Shown one piece after another: positions 38,223 to 46,883 of a DNA stretch of 64,000 bases (position 1 is its first letter; every line of letters starts with the position of its first letter). A program made the translations under genes and the position numbers. Where the stretch lies: positions 21,735 through 85,734 of the forward strand of contig CAYXIK010000008.1 in assembly GCA_964465315.1 (NCBI GenBank), written 5' to 3'. This DNA is from an uncultured Gemmatimonadaceae bacterium (GTDB lineage Bacteria; Gemmatimonadota; Gemmatimonadetes; Gemmatimonadales; GWC2-71-9). Under the pieces are notes generated by a model that was not told the DNA's origin, ran no database searches, and saw only the letters and a program-made list of their open reading frames with translations.

Positions 38223-38249
38223 TAACCTCTCCCCACTCGCCTGGGTTTC
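38223..38249 (-). promoter_or_regulatory. SigR/SigH-type promoter GAAAC-N18-GTTA just upstream of the sigma ATG
   Basis: Resembles the GGAA(T/C)-N18-GTT consensus; -10 ends 9 nt before ATG 38213. Confidence 0.55.
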
Positions 38250-38284
38250 GCAATGGGCCTCGGAAGTGCTAGGTTTCGCGCGCC

Positions 38285-38890
38285 GTGGTCCACAGTATCG
38301 TGCCACTCGCCGTCCTCGAGGCGGTCAAGAACCTCGACACACCGGTCGAGGACGGGCTATCGGAATTCGCCGAAGAGCTCCTGTCGAAGCGTCTCGGCCT
38401 TTCTCCGACCGTCGCCATGCAACTCCGCGAATACGAAGTGATGGTGCGGCGCAACGCCGCCCCCGACCCGTCGCATGTGGAGGCGCTGTTGCGGCTCGTG
38501 GGGCGCCGTCCCGACGCGGACCTGGTGTTCGCGGACGCCGGACGCCGCGCCGCCCGGCGCGGGGTGCGCGGCCTGTTCACCGTTACGCGCCTGGCTGCCC
38601 GCGCCATCCCCCGGGCGTTTGGATACGTGGCCGCGCGGCGGGCCGCTCGCGCCGTTTTCGGGGGGGAGCTGAACCGGGAGAGCCAGATCCCCGTGGCGCG
38701 GGTGAGGGATCCACTGGCCCTCAACGCGACGCCGGACGGCGCCGCCTGCGGGCTGTATGGCGCCGGGTTCACCGAGCTCCTGCGGCTGCTCGTGGGCTTC
38801 GAGGGTGCCATGCTTCATGTGTCCTGCCGGGCGACGGGAGGCACCGCTTGCGAGTGGCGCGGCGCGCCGCCCGATCCGAGACATCACTGA
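38285..38890 (+). CDS. Hypothetical protein with a C-terminal V4R-like Cys-containing domain
   Basis: [14 protein letters not shown]...[14 protein letters not shown]. Confidence 0.65.
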   Translation: MVHSIVPLAVLEAVKNLDTPVEDGLSEFAEELLSKRLGLSPTVAMQLREYEVMVRRNAAPDPSHVEALLRLVGRRPDADLVFADAGRRAARRGVRGLFTVTRLAARAIPRAFGYVAARRAARAVFGGELNRESQIPVARVRDPLALNATPDGAACGLYGAGFTELLRLLVGFEGAMLHVSCRATGGTACEWRGAPPDPRHH

Positions 38891-40071
38891 TGCCCCTGCT
38901 CGACGGCTTCGAATTCTCCGCGCTGGGGGAAGCGCTCGCCGCCCTCGGGGCCGACGGCTGGCTGCTGTACGACTTCCGCAAAGTGAATCCGATCGCCGGG
39001 CGCATCCTCGGGGACACGGGGATGGGGACCCGGCGGCTCTTTGTTCTCCTGCCACGTGCCGGCCGCCCGGTGGCCGTGGCCCACCGTATCGAGCTGCAGG
39101 CCCTGGCGGACTTTCCGGGGGAGGTGCGGCCGTATGGCTCGTGGCGCGAGCTGCACGAGCACCTCAAGGGGATTGTGCGGGGTCGCACTCTCGCGATCGA
39201 GACCTCCGCGCTCGATCAGGTGCCCTACCTCGATCGCGTGCCGCATGGCGTGATCCAACTGCTCGAGTCGTTCGGTGCGCGCCTCGTGACCTCGGCCCCG
39301 CTGGTGTCCCGGTTCGCGGCGCACTGGTCGGCGGCCGAGCTCGCCGGTCATCGCCGGGCCGCGGGTGCCCTGGCGGCCATCGCGCGTGACACCTTCGCGT
39401 GGGTCGGGAGCGAGATGACCCGCGGCGCCGAGGTGCGGGAGACCGGCGTCAAACAGCGGGTGCTGGACGCCATCGAGCGCGCGGGGCTCTGGACCAATGA
39501 GGGACCCATCGCCGCGTTCGGCCCCACCACCGCGATGCCCCACTACGAGCCGCACCCGGGGGCGGATCGGCGGCTGGCGACGGGCGACGTGGTGCTGCTC
39601 GACCTGTGGGCAGGGCCCGGTCGGGGGTCAGTCTTCGCCGACCAGACATGGATGGGGTTCGCCGGACGCGCTCCCGAGGCCGAGGTGCGCCGTGTGTGGC
39701 AGACCGTGAAGGGAGCGCGGGACGCCGCCGTTCGTTACCTGCGGGAGCACTGGCGCCGCAACGGCGCAATCACGGGCGCCCAGGTCGACGACGCGGCGCG
39801 CACCGTGGTCCGCGACGCAGGGTTCGCCGAATATTTCGTACACCGCACGGGGCACTCGATCGACCGCGATCTCCACGGCTCCGGGCCTCATATCGATAAT
39901 TTCGAGACGGAGGACGCCCGCGCGCTGGTGCCCGGCGTCGGGTTCTCCGTTGAGCCCGGTGTCTACCTCCCGGGACGCTTCGGCATGCGGAGCGAGATCA
40001 ACGTGTACATCGACACCTCCGGACCCGAAGTGAATCCTCCAATGCCGCAGGACGAGCTGTTTCTGATCTAG
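38890..40071 (+). CDS. M24-family (Xaa-Pro) aminopeptidase
   Basis: TGATG coupling; AMPHYEP, LLDLW, ADQTW, HRTGHSI, SVEPGVY, RSE. Confidence 0.9.
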   Translation: MPLLDGFEFSALGEALAALGADGWLLYDFRKVNPIAGRILGDTGMGTRRLFVLLPRAGRPVAVAHRIELQALADFPGEVRPYGSWRELHEHLKGIVRGRTLAIETSALDQVPYLDRVPHGVIQLLESFGARLVTSAPLVSRFAAHWSAAELAGHRRAAGALAAIARDTFAWVGSEMTRGAEVRETGVKQRVLDAIERAGLWTNEGPIAAFGPTTAMPHYEPHPGADRRLATGDVVLLDLWAGPGRGSVFADQTWMGFAGRAPEAEVRRVWQTVKGARDAAVRYLREHWRRNGAITGAQVDDAARTVVRDAGFAEYFVHRTGHSIDRDLHGSGPHIDNFETEDARALVPGVGFSVEPGVYLPGRFGMRSEINVYIDTSGPEVNPPMPQDELFLI

Positions 40072-40084
40072 CGCTCCTTGCTAT

Positions 40085-40903
40085 TCACAAGACGGCGAGC
40101 ACCAGCGCCGCCCAGACGGCCCCCCCCACGGCGACGTGCGCGGCTTGGAGGGGTTGGGGCAGTGCCTGCAACACCATGGCGGCGGCTACCATGACTTGCG
40201 TGGTCACGATGGCAACCACGCACCACGCAGCGCGCGTTTTCGTCCGCAACCCCCACCACCAGACATATCCGAAGAGCGCGTAGGCGAGCAGGCGATGCGT
40301 CCATTGCACGTACTGGAGATAGTTCCCCGCGGGTACGAGCTGGCCATTGCAGAGCGGGAACCCGAGGCACGCGCTGGCGGCGCCCAAGTTGGCCGTGAGC
40401 GCGCCGAACAATACGGTCACGAACCCGAGTGCCAGTGCCACCAATCCCGTGCGCGAGCCCGGGGTCACTCGAGTCCCCTTCGCGATCACGATCAGCGTCG
40501 CGAGCAGGAGCATCGCCGTGCCTAGGTGGAGAATCACGGTCCACGGCGGCAGACGCAGCTTCACGGTCACGGCGCCGAGCAGGACTTGGGTGACGAGCAA
40601 AGCAAGCGCGACGTACGGCGTCTTGCCGAGAACGTAGCGCTCCCCGCTCCCCGCTCCTCGTCGCAACCACCACGCGTAACCCGCGAGTCCGGCCACGAGC
40701 ACGCTCACCGCGGCCGCCGCCAACCGATGACCGTACTCGATCATCGTCGGGACGTCGAGCGGCGGGAGCAGCTTGCCATTGCACAACGGCCAATGCTCGC
40801 CGCATCCCAGACCGGAGCCGGTGATCCGGACGATGGCCCCGAGGATGACGAGCAGATAGGTGAACGTGGCCGCGGTCCACGCCAGCTGGGTGAAGCGTTT
40901 CAT
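40085..40903 (-). CDS. ctaA: Heme A synthase (COX15/CtaA family)
   Basis: GAIVRITGSGLGCGEHWPLCNG, EYGHR, HLGTA, ACLGFPLCNG, QWTHR, HVAVG. Confidence 0.85.
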   Translation of the reverse strand: MKRFTQLAWTAATFTYLLVILGAIVRITGSGLGCGEHWPLCNGKLLPPLDVPTMIEYGHRLAAAAVSVLVAGLAGYAWWLRRGAGSGERYVLGKTPYVALALLVTQVLLGAVTVKLRLPPWTVILHLGTAMLLLATLIVIAKGTRVTPGSRTGLVALALGFVTVLFGALTANLGAASACLGFPLCNGQLVPAGNYLQYVQWTHRLLAYALFGYVWWWGLRTKTRAAWCVVAIVTTQVMVAAAMVLQALPQPLQAAHVAVGGAVWAALVLAVL

Positions 40904-40932
40904 GGGGGCCGAAATGTATATTCCGGCCGCGC

Positions 40933-42327
40933 ATGTCCGCCTCCCCTCCTTCCGCTCCCTCACCGGCTCCCGACCGCTGGGGCGATCGGCTACCTCGCCA
41001 GCTCGGCCTGTGGAGCGCCGTCGCGGTCCTCATCGGCTCGACCATCGGCAGCGGGATTTTTCGGACTCCGGCGATCATCGCCGGGCGTGTGCCCGAGCCG
41101 CTCCCGATGTTCGGCGTCTGGATTCTGGGCGGCCTGCTCGCGTTGTGCGGCGCGCTCACGTATGCGGAGCTCGCCGCGCTGTTTCCGCGCTCGGGCGGCG
41201 TCTATGTCTACATCCGCGAGGCATTCGGCCGGCTGCCGGCGTTTCTCTTCGGTTGGACGGAGCTGCTTCTGATCCGGGCCTCCGCGCTCGGGGCCATCGC
41301 CACGCCGTTCGCGGAGTACCTGCTGCGCTCCTTGGGCCTCGATCCCAAGGTCGAGCCGAACGCCACCTACGTCCATTACGTCGCGGCGGGTGCGATCGTC
41401 TTCACGGCGGCGCTGAACTACGTGGGCGTGCGCTGGAGCTCGCTCATCTTGAACCTCACGACGGGTGCCAAGTACGGGGCGCTCCTCCTGCTCGTACTAC
41501 TGGCCTTCCTCGTAGGGCAGGGCGACTTCGGTCACTTCGCGGCCGGAGGGACGGGGCCGGTGAACGCAGGCTTGTTTGGTCTCGCCCTCGTGTCCGTGCT
41601 ATGGGCATATGACGGATGGGGTGACCTGTCCTTCGTCGGTGGCGAGGTGAAGGACCCCGAGCGCAACATGCCTCGCGCCCTTATCCTCGGCACCACGGCG
41701 ATCATCGGCATCTACCTGCTCGTCAACGCGGCGTATCTGTACTTGATCCCGATTGGACAGGTGGCACGTTCCCCGCTCGTCGCGGCCGACGCGGCACAGC
41801 TGATCGTCGGGCGGGTGGGGGTCGGGCTCGTGGCGGTCGTGGTCATGGTCGCCACGTTCAGCACGCTCCTCGGCTCGATCCTGACCTCGCCGCGCATTTT
41901 CTTCGCGATGGCGGACGACGGGTTGCTCTTCAAGCGGGTGGCGCGGGTGCACCCGCGGTTCCAGACGCCGTCCGTTTCGATCGTGGTGACCGGTCTCCTG
42001 GGCGTAGTGTGGGTGCTGCTCCTCAACTTCGATCAGCTCGCCGAGCAGTTCGTGGTCGCGATCTTCCCGTTTTATGCGCTCGCGGCGGCGGCAGTGTTCG
42101 TGCTCCGTCGCCGGCAGCCCGACCGGCCGCGTCCGGTGCGCGTGTGGGGATATCCGGTGGTGCCCCTTCTGTTCGTGGTGGCGACGTTCATCATTCTTGG
42201 AAACGCGCTCCGGGAGCATCCGGTCGGAACCGGGATCGACTTCTTGGGCATCCTGCTTGGCGTGCCGGTCTACCTTGCGGCGTTCGGTTCGCGCGCGAGC
42301 GCCGGCGGGAAGCGGGCGAGGATGTGA
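40933..42327 (+). CDS. APC-family amino acid permease
   Basis: IGSTIGSGIF, GALTYAELA, SGGVYVY, WAYDGW, GEVKDPERN. Confidence 0.92.
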   Translation: MSASPPSAPSPAPDRWGDRLPRQLGLWSAVAVLIGSTIGSGIFRTPAIIAGRVPEPLPMFGVWILGGLLALCGALTYAELAALFPRSGGVYVYIREAFGRLPAFLFGWTELLLIRASALGAIATPFAEYLLRSLGLDPKVEPNATYVHYVAAGAIVFTAALNYVGVRWSSLILNLTTGAKYGALLLLVLLAFLVGQGDFGHFAAGGTGPVNAGLFGLALVSVLWAYDGWGDLSFVGGEVKDPERNMPRALILGTTAIIGIYLLVNAAYLYLIPIGQVARSPLVAADAAQLIVGRVGVGLVAVVVMVATFSTLLGSILTSPRIFFAMADDGLLFKRVARVHPRFQTPSVSIVVTGLLGVVWVLLLNFDQLAEQFVVAIFPFYALAAAAVFVLRRRQPDRPRPVRVWGYPVVPLLFVVATFIILGNALREHPVGTGIDFLGILLGVPVYLAAFGSRASAGGKRARM

Positions 42328-42350
42328 CCCAAGTGTGACATTTTCTCGGA

Positions 42351-42379
42351 TTGACGTCTTTTCCCGCTGCAGGCATGTT
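42351..42379 (+). promoter_or_regulatory. Sigma70-type promoter TTGACG-N17-CATGTT, preceded by TGTGAC direct repeats
   Basis: -35 at 42351-56, -10 at 42374-79; TGTGAC at 42323 and 42334. Confidence 0.5.
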
Positions 42380-42424
42380 TACCCCGCCCTAAGACGTCCC
42401 CTCAGATTCTCGGAGATCCTTCGG

Positions 42425-45400
42425 ATGAAACGCTTTGTGTGGTCGATCGGCGCTCTCGCCGCGGTCATGGTGTTCGTGACCGGCCGTCCCGCTTCGGCGC
42501 AGGGGGTCTCGTCGTCGGCCGTGGCGGGTCGCATCACGGACGAGTCGGGACAGCCCGTCGCCTCCGGTTTGCTCACGCTGACCAACGGTTCCACGGGACA
42601 GCGGTACTCGGCGCGTACACGCGACGACGGGCTCTACTCCTTCGAGAACGTGGACGTGGGCGGCCCATATACAATGGCAGCACGCGCCCTCGGGTTCGAG
42701 CCCAAGACGTCGACGCCCTTCAACCTGCAGTTGGGGCAGCGTTTCACGCTCGACCTGAGCCTCAAGCGGGCCGCCGTTGAGCTCGCCGGAGTGATCGTCG
42801 AGACGTCGTCAAATCCATTGCTCTCGGCGGCGCGGACCGGAGCGCAAACGCTGATCTCGGATTCGGCGTTGCGAAGGCTTCCAACGTTGAACCGGGCGTT
42901 CAACGACTTCGTCAACACGGCACCCCAGATCGTGAAGACGCCGGGCGGCGGCACGTCGTTCACGGGCCAAAACGACCGGTTCAATAACATCCAGATCGAC
43001 GGCACCGTGAACAACGACCTCTTTGCCCTGGGCGCGAGCAATCAAATACCGGGCGGCGGGGTCAACGCACGCCCGCTCTCGATCGAGGCGGTGAAGGAGT
43101 ACCAGGTGCTGGTCGCGCCGTTCGACGTGCGGCAGGGCGGCTTCGTGGGTGGGCTCATCAACGCGGTCACCAAGTCCGGCACCAATGAGTTCCACGGCTC
43201 CGTGTTCGGATACCTGCAGAACGAAAACTTCGTCGGCTCCGATACCAACGGCGTCTCGGTACCCGTGGCGGATTATCAGCAGCAGCAGTACGGCTTCTCG
43301 CTTGGTGGCCCGATCATCCGGGATCGGCTGCACTTCTTCGTCACCGGCGACTTCCGCCACGACAACCGTCCGTTTGCGACGAGCATCCAGCTGGGACCGA
43401 GCGGTGATACGACCGGCGTCGGGATCACGCAGGCACGGTTCGATTCGGTTCAGAACATTCTCTTGAACCAGTACGGCATCAGCGCCGGTGACTTTCGGGC
43501 CCCGCAGATCAACAACCCGGAGACCAACCTGTTTGGAAAGCTGGATCTCGAGTTGAGCACCAACAGTCATATCGAGCTGTCCGGGACGTTGGTGAATGTG
43601 AATCAGGACAAGCTGATTCATACGTATCGGTTGGGATTCATACAGCCGCCATCGCTGTCCAACCTCAGGGATGGCTACGAGCTCTCAGGGAGCGGGTACT
43701 ACGTGAAGGACGAGACCCGCACGCTGCGAGGGAAGTGGACCACGAACTTTGGGCCGCGGTACTCGAACGAGCTGATCGTGGGGCGGACGACGATCGGAGA
43801 CAACCGGCCGCCCCGCAGCAACCACCCGCTCATTCTCGTCGGCGGCAACTCCCCCGGCACCTACATCGCCGCGGGCGGCGAGCGCTTCTCGCAGGCGAAC
43901 TCGCTCGATCAGCGGGTGGTGGAAGTCACGGACAACCTGACCTTTCCGGTGGGTGAGCATCTCCTGACGCTCGGCACGCACAACGAGTTCATCCACTTCC
44001 GGAATGTCTTCTTCCCGTTATCCGTTGGTGTGTGGAATTTCGCGAACCCTGCGGCACTCGCCGCCGGTACGCCGAACGAGTACGCTCGGGCCCTGCCCGG
44101 GCCACTCCGCCCCGACGGCCCAGTGGCGGACTTCAACGTGACGCAAGTCGGGTTCTATGGGCAGGACCGCTTCTCACCGGCCCCGAATCTCACGGTGACC
44201 GCGGGACTCCGGATCGACGTGCCGTCCCTGCCCGCACCGGCGTTCAACACCGCCCTCGACACAGGGGTTGTGTTCCCGGCGCTCGGCACCGGGGTCGATA
44301 CGCGGTCCTCACCGAGCGGAAACATTCTGTGGTCTCCGCGCCTCGGCTTCAACTACGATGTAAACGGTCGACAGGAGACGATTCTGCGGGGCGGCATCGG
44401 GATATTCAGTGGCCGCCCGCCGTACGTTTGGGTGTCAAACGCGTACGGCAACACAGGGCTCGAGCAGCAGACGCTGTTCTGTAACGGTGCGGCGTCCGCG
44501 GCCAACAACGGGTCTCTGGTGGACACCGTGCCCGCGTTCACGGTGGACCCGAACAACCAACCGACCAAGTGCGGCGGGACCAACCAGGTCGGGCCGAGTG
44601 CCGCCGCGAGCTCGATCGTGACCTACGATCCGAACTTCAGGTTCCCGCAGGCCTTTAAACTCGCGCTCGGCGCGGATCGCGCCCTGCCGTGGAACCTGTT
44701 CGCGACCGTGGACTTCGTGTACACCAAGGCAATCAATCAGTACTACCTGCAGGACATCAACCTGCAGGGCATCCAAGGAGCCTCGTTCGGTGAGGCTGGC
44801 CGCCCGCTGTACGGCACCATCAACCCCGCGACCGGCTCGGCGAGCGTATTACGTGTCACCAACCGCGCGAACGACGTCGTCCTGAACAAGAACGTAAGCA
44901 AGGATCAGTCGACGTCGCTGGCCTTTCAGGTCCAGAAGCGATTCAGCAACGGCATCGAGTTTATCGCGGCGTACACGTACTCCCACTCGCTCGACATCAT
45001 GTCGATGACGTCCGACATCACGAGCTCGAACTTCCAGTTCGGGGCGTTGGATGGAACGATTGAAAACCGAAACCTGCGCACGTCCTCGTTCGATCGGCCT
45101 CACAAGGTCTCGATCAGTGGCACCGTGAACGGGCCATTCGGCTCTCGGTTCTCGCTGATCTACAACGGGTTATCCGGGACACCGTTTACCTATGTGGTCA
45201 GCGGGGACGCGAACGCCGACGGTGTATTCGGCAACGACCTCGTGTACGTGCCCAAGAACCGGGCGGACATCACGATGGACGGGAACGGTGGCTCCGTGGC
45301 GGGGTTCGGCACCGCGGCACAGCAGGATTCGGTCTACAACCTCCTCAACTCGTACATCAGCAACGAGCCGTGCCTGGCCAACAACCGTGGGCGGCTGCAG

Positions 45401-45718
45401 CCGCGGAACGCCTGCCGCAACCCATGGCAGAACTACCTGAATGCCCGGCTGAGCTGGGCGATCCCAACCCTGTCCGGCCACACCCTCGAGATCACGGCCG
45501 ACATGCTCAACGTCCTGAACTTTATCAACTCCGGTTGGGGCCTGATCCGGCAGACAGGGACCGGCTTCGAGGAGCAGAACTTGATCCAGCAGACCGGGTA
45601 CGATGCGGCGAATGGGCGGGGGATCTACGCCCTCGCTATTCCGGTGAAGAACGCGGTGACGCTCAACAGCATCGGCTCGCGGTGGGTCTTCCAGCTGGGG
45701 ACGCGCTACACGTTCTGA
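42425..45718 (+). CDS. TonB-dependent receptor (Oar-like, N-terminal carboxypeptidase-regulatory-like domain)
   Basis: Signal peptide; plug NNIQIDG...NDLF, FDVRQGGF.GG.INAVTKSGTN; C-terminal QLGTRYTF. Confidence 0.92.
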   Translation: MKRFVWSIGALAAVMVFVTGRPASAQGVSSSAVAGRITDESGQPVASGLLTLTNGSTGQRYSARTRDDGLYSFENVDVGGPYTMAARALGFEPKTSTPFNLQLGQRFTLDLSLKRAAVELAGVIVETSSNPLLSAARTGAQTLISDSALRRLPTLNRAFNDFVNTAPQIVKTPGGGTSFTGQNDRFNNIQIDGTVNNDLFALGASNQIPGGGVNARPLSIEAVKEYQVLVAPFDVRQGGFVGGLINAVTKSGTNEFHGSVFGYLQNENFVGSDTNGVSVPVADYQQQQYGFSLGGPIIRDRLHFFVTGDFRHDNRPFATSIQLGPSGDTTGVGITQARFDSVQNILLNQYGISAGDFRAPQINNPETNLFGKLDLELSTNSHIELSGTLVNVNQDKLIHTYRLGFIQPPSLSNLRDGYELSGSGYYVKDETRTLRGKWTTNFGPRYSNELIVGRTTIGDNRPPRSNHPLILVGGNSPGTYIAAGGERFSQANSLDQRVVEVTDNLTFPVGEHLLTLGTHNEFIHFRNVFFPLSVGVWNFANPAALAAGTPNEYARALPGPLRPDGPVADFNVTQVGFYGQDRFSPAPNLTVTAGLRIDVPSLPAPAFNTALDTGVVFPALGTGVDTRSSPSGNILWSPRLGFNYDVNGRQETILRGGIGIFSGRPPYVWVSNAYGNTGLEQQTLFCNGAASAANNGSLVDTVPAFTVDPNNQPTKCGGTNQVGPSAAASSIVTYDPNFRFPQAFKLALGADRALPWNLFATVDFVYTKAINQYYLQDINLQGIQGASFGEAGRPLYGTINPATGSASVLRVTNRANDVVLNKNVSKDQSTSLAFQVQKRFSNGIEFIAAYTYSHSLDIMSMTSDITSSNFQFGALDGTIENRNLRTSSFDRPHKVSISGTVNGPFGSRFSLIYNGLSGTPFTYVVSGDANADGVFGNDLVYVPKNRADITMDGNGGSVAGFGTAAQQDSVYNLLNSYISNEPCLANNRGRLQPRNACRNPWQNYLNARLSWAIPTLSGHTLEITADMLNVLNFINSGWGLIRQTGTGFEEQNLIQQTGYDAANGRGIYALAIPVKNAVTLNSIGSRWVFQLGTRYTF

Positions 45719-45743
45719 GCTGGCAAGTCTTGTGAATAAAGCA

Positions 45744-45769
45744 GGGGCCGGGAAGTGATTCCCGGCCCC
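45744..45769. terminator. Intrinsic terminator, probably bidirectional
   Basis: GGGGCCGGGAA-gtga-TTCCCGGCCCC, flanked by AAAGCA and TTTGCTGTTT. Confidence 0.8.
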
Positions 45770-45791
45770 TTTGCTGTTTCGTGTTAGGGCC

Positions 45792-46883
45792 TCACGTCCG
45801 CGCCTTCCGCCACAGCCACACGCCCGCCGCGCCGAACAACAGATTCGGCACCCACGCGGCGAACGCCGGCGGCAGCGCCCCGCCCGCGCCCACCGCCTTG
45901 GACAGCTGGAACATGAGCAGATCCACGAACGTCGTGGCCAGGCACACCGCGACGCCCCACGCGGTCCCGCTCCGCGGCGTGGAGATTGCTAGCGGCGCCC
46001 CGAACAGGGCGATGATGATGCAGGCGAACGGCACGGACAGCTTGAGCGCCCGCTCCACGCGAAGCTTTTTGGTGTCGGAGCCCGAGCGCGACAACGCGTC
46101 GATGTAGCGCCCCAGCTCCGCGTAGCGCATCTCGTCCGGCGCCTTCGGCTCGGCGAGCAGCGCCGTCGGCGTCTCGCGCAACGCTTGGGACTTGAGGCCA
46201 TCGAAGCGGAACGTCGGCTCCCGGCCCGGACCAAGCAGGTACCGCACGGCGCCCTTGGTGAGCGTCCAGCCACGCGTCGCCCGCGCCGTGTCGTACGTGG
46301 CCCGCTGCGCGGCGACGAGAATCGTGGGGTACGCCTCCCCCGTGCCTTCCCGCTCCATGATCGGATCACGCATCTCGGCGCCGTTGGTCTTGAGCTCGAG
46401 CGAGCGGATCGAATACACCCATCCCCCGTCCGCGCGATACACGAACGGGCTGAACCGGGAGCCCGTGTTGCTCGGCGCCTTCTCCCCGAGCAACTCGGCG
46501 CGGCGGGCAGAGGTCACCGGGGCGAGCTCCGTGAGCCCGAGATCCAGGACTACCGCCGCCAGCGACGCGAGCAACAACGGGCGCACGATGCGATGGAAGG
46601 AAATGCCGGACGCCTTCGCGGCCGTCAGCTCCGAATGGCGCCCCAGCGCCCCGACCGTGAACACCACGCCGAAGAGCACGGCCACCGGGAGCACGAGCGA
46701 AATCGTCTCCGGGAGATAAAAGAGGTACGAGGAGGCGACCCGCACCTTCGACACTCCGCGACCGAGGTAGGTGTCCAGCTTGTCCGTGAGGTCGATGACC
46801 ATCACGAGAAACGGGAAGCCGAGCGCTGCGAGCAGGAAGACTTTGGTCCACTCGCGCACCAGATAGCGGTCGAGCGTGCTCAC
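45792..46883 (-). CDS. lptG: LPS export permease LptG (YjgP/Q family)
   Basis: GTG overlaps the lptF stop; LDRYL, SELTAAKASGIS, KLSVPFAC, AAWVPNLLF. Confidence 0.85.
   Translation of the reverse strand: MSTLDRYLVREWTKVFLLAALGFPFLVMVIDLTDKLDTYLGRGVSKVRVASSYLFYLPETISLVLPVAVLFGVVFTVGALGRHSELTAAKASGISFHRIVRPLLLASLAAVVLDLGLTELAPVTSARRAELLGEKAPSNTGSRFSPFVYRADGGWVYSIRSLELKTNGAEMRDPIMEREGTGEAYPTILVAAQRATYDTARATRGWTLTKGAVRYLLGPGREPTFRFDGLKSQALRETPTALLAEPKAPDEMRYAELGRYIDALSRSGSDTKKLRVERALKLSVPFACIIIALFGAPLAISTPRSGTAWGVAVCLATTFVDLLMFQLSKAVGAGGALPPAFAAWVPNLLFGAAGVWLWRKART

Noticed and set aside
42323-42345. CRP site
   Set aside because: The TGTGA half-sites are direct repeats; there is no TCACA partner at N6
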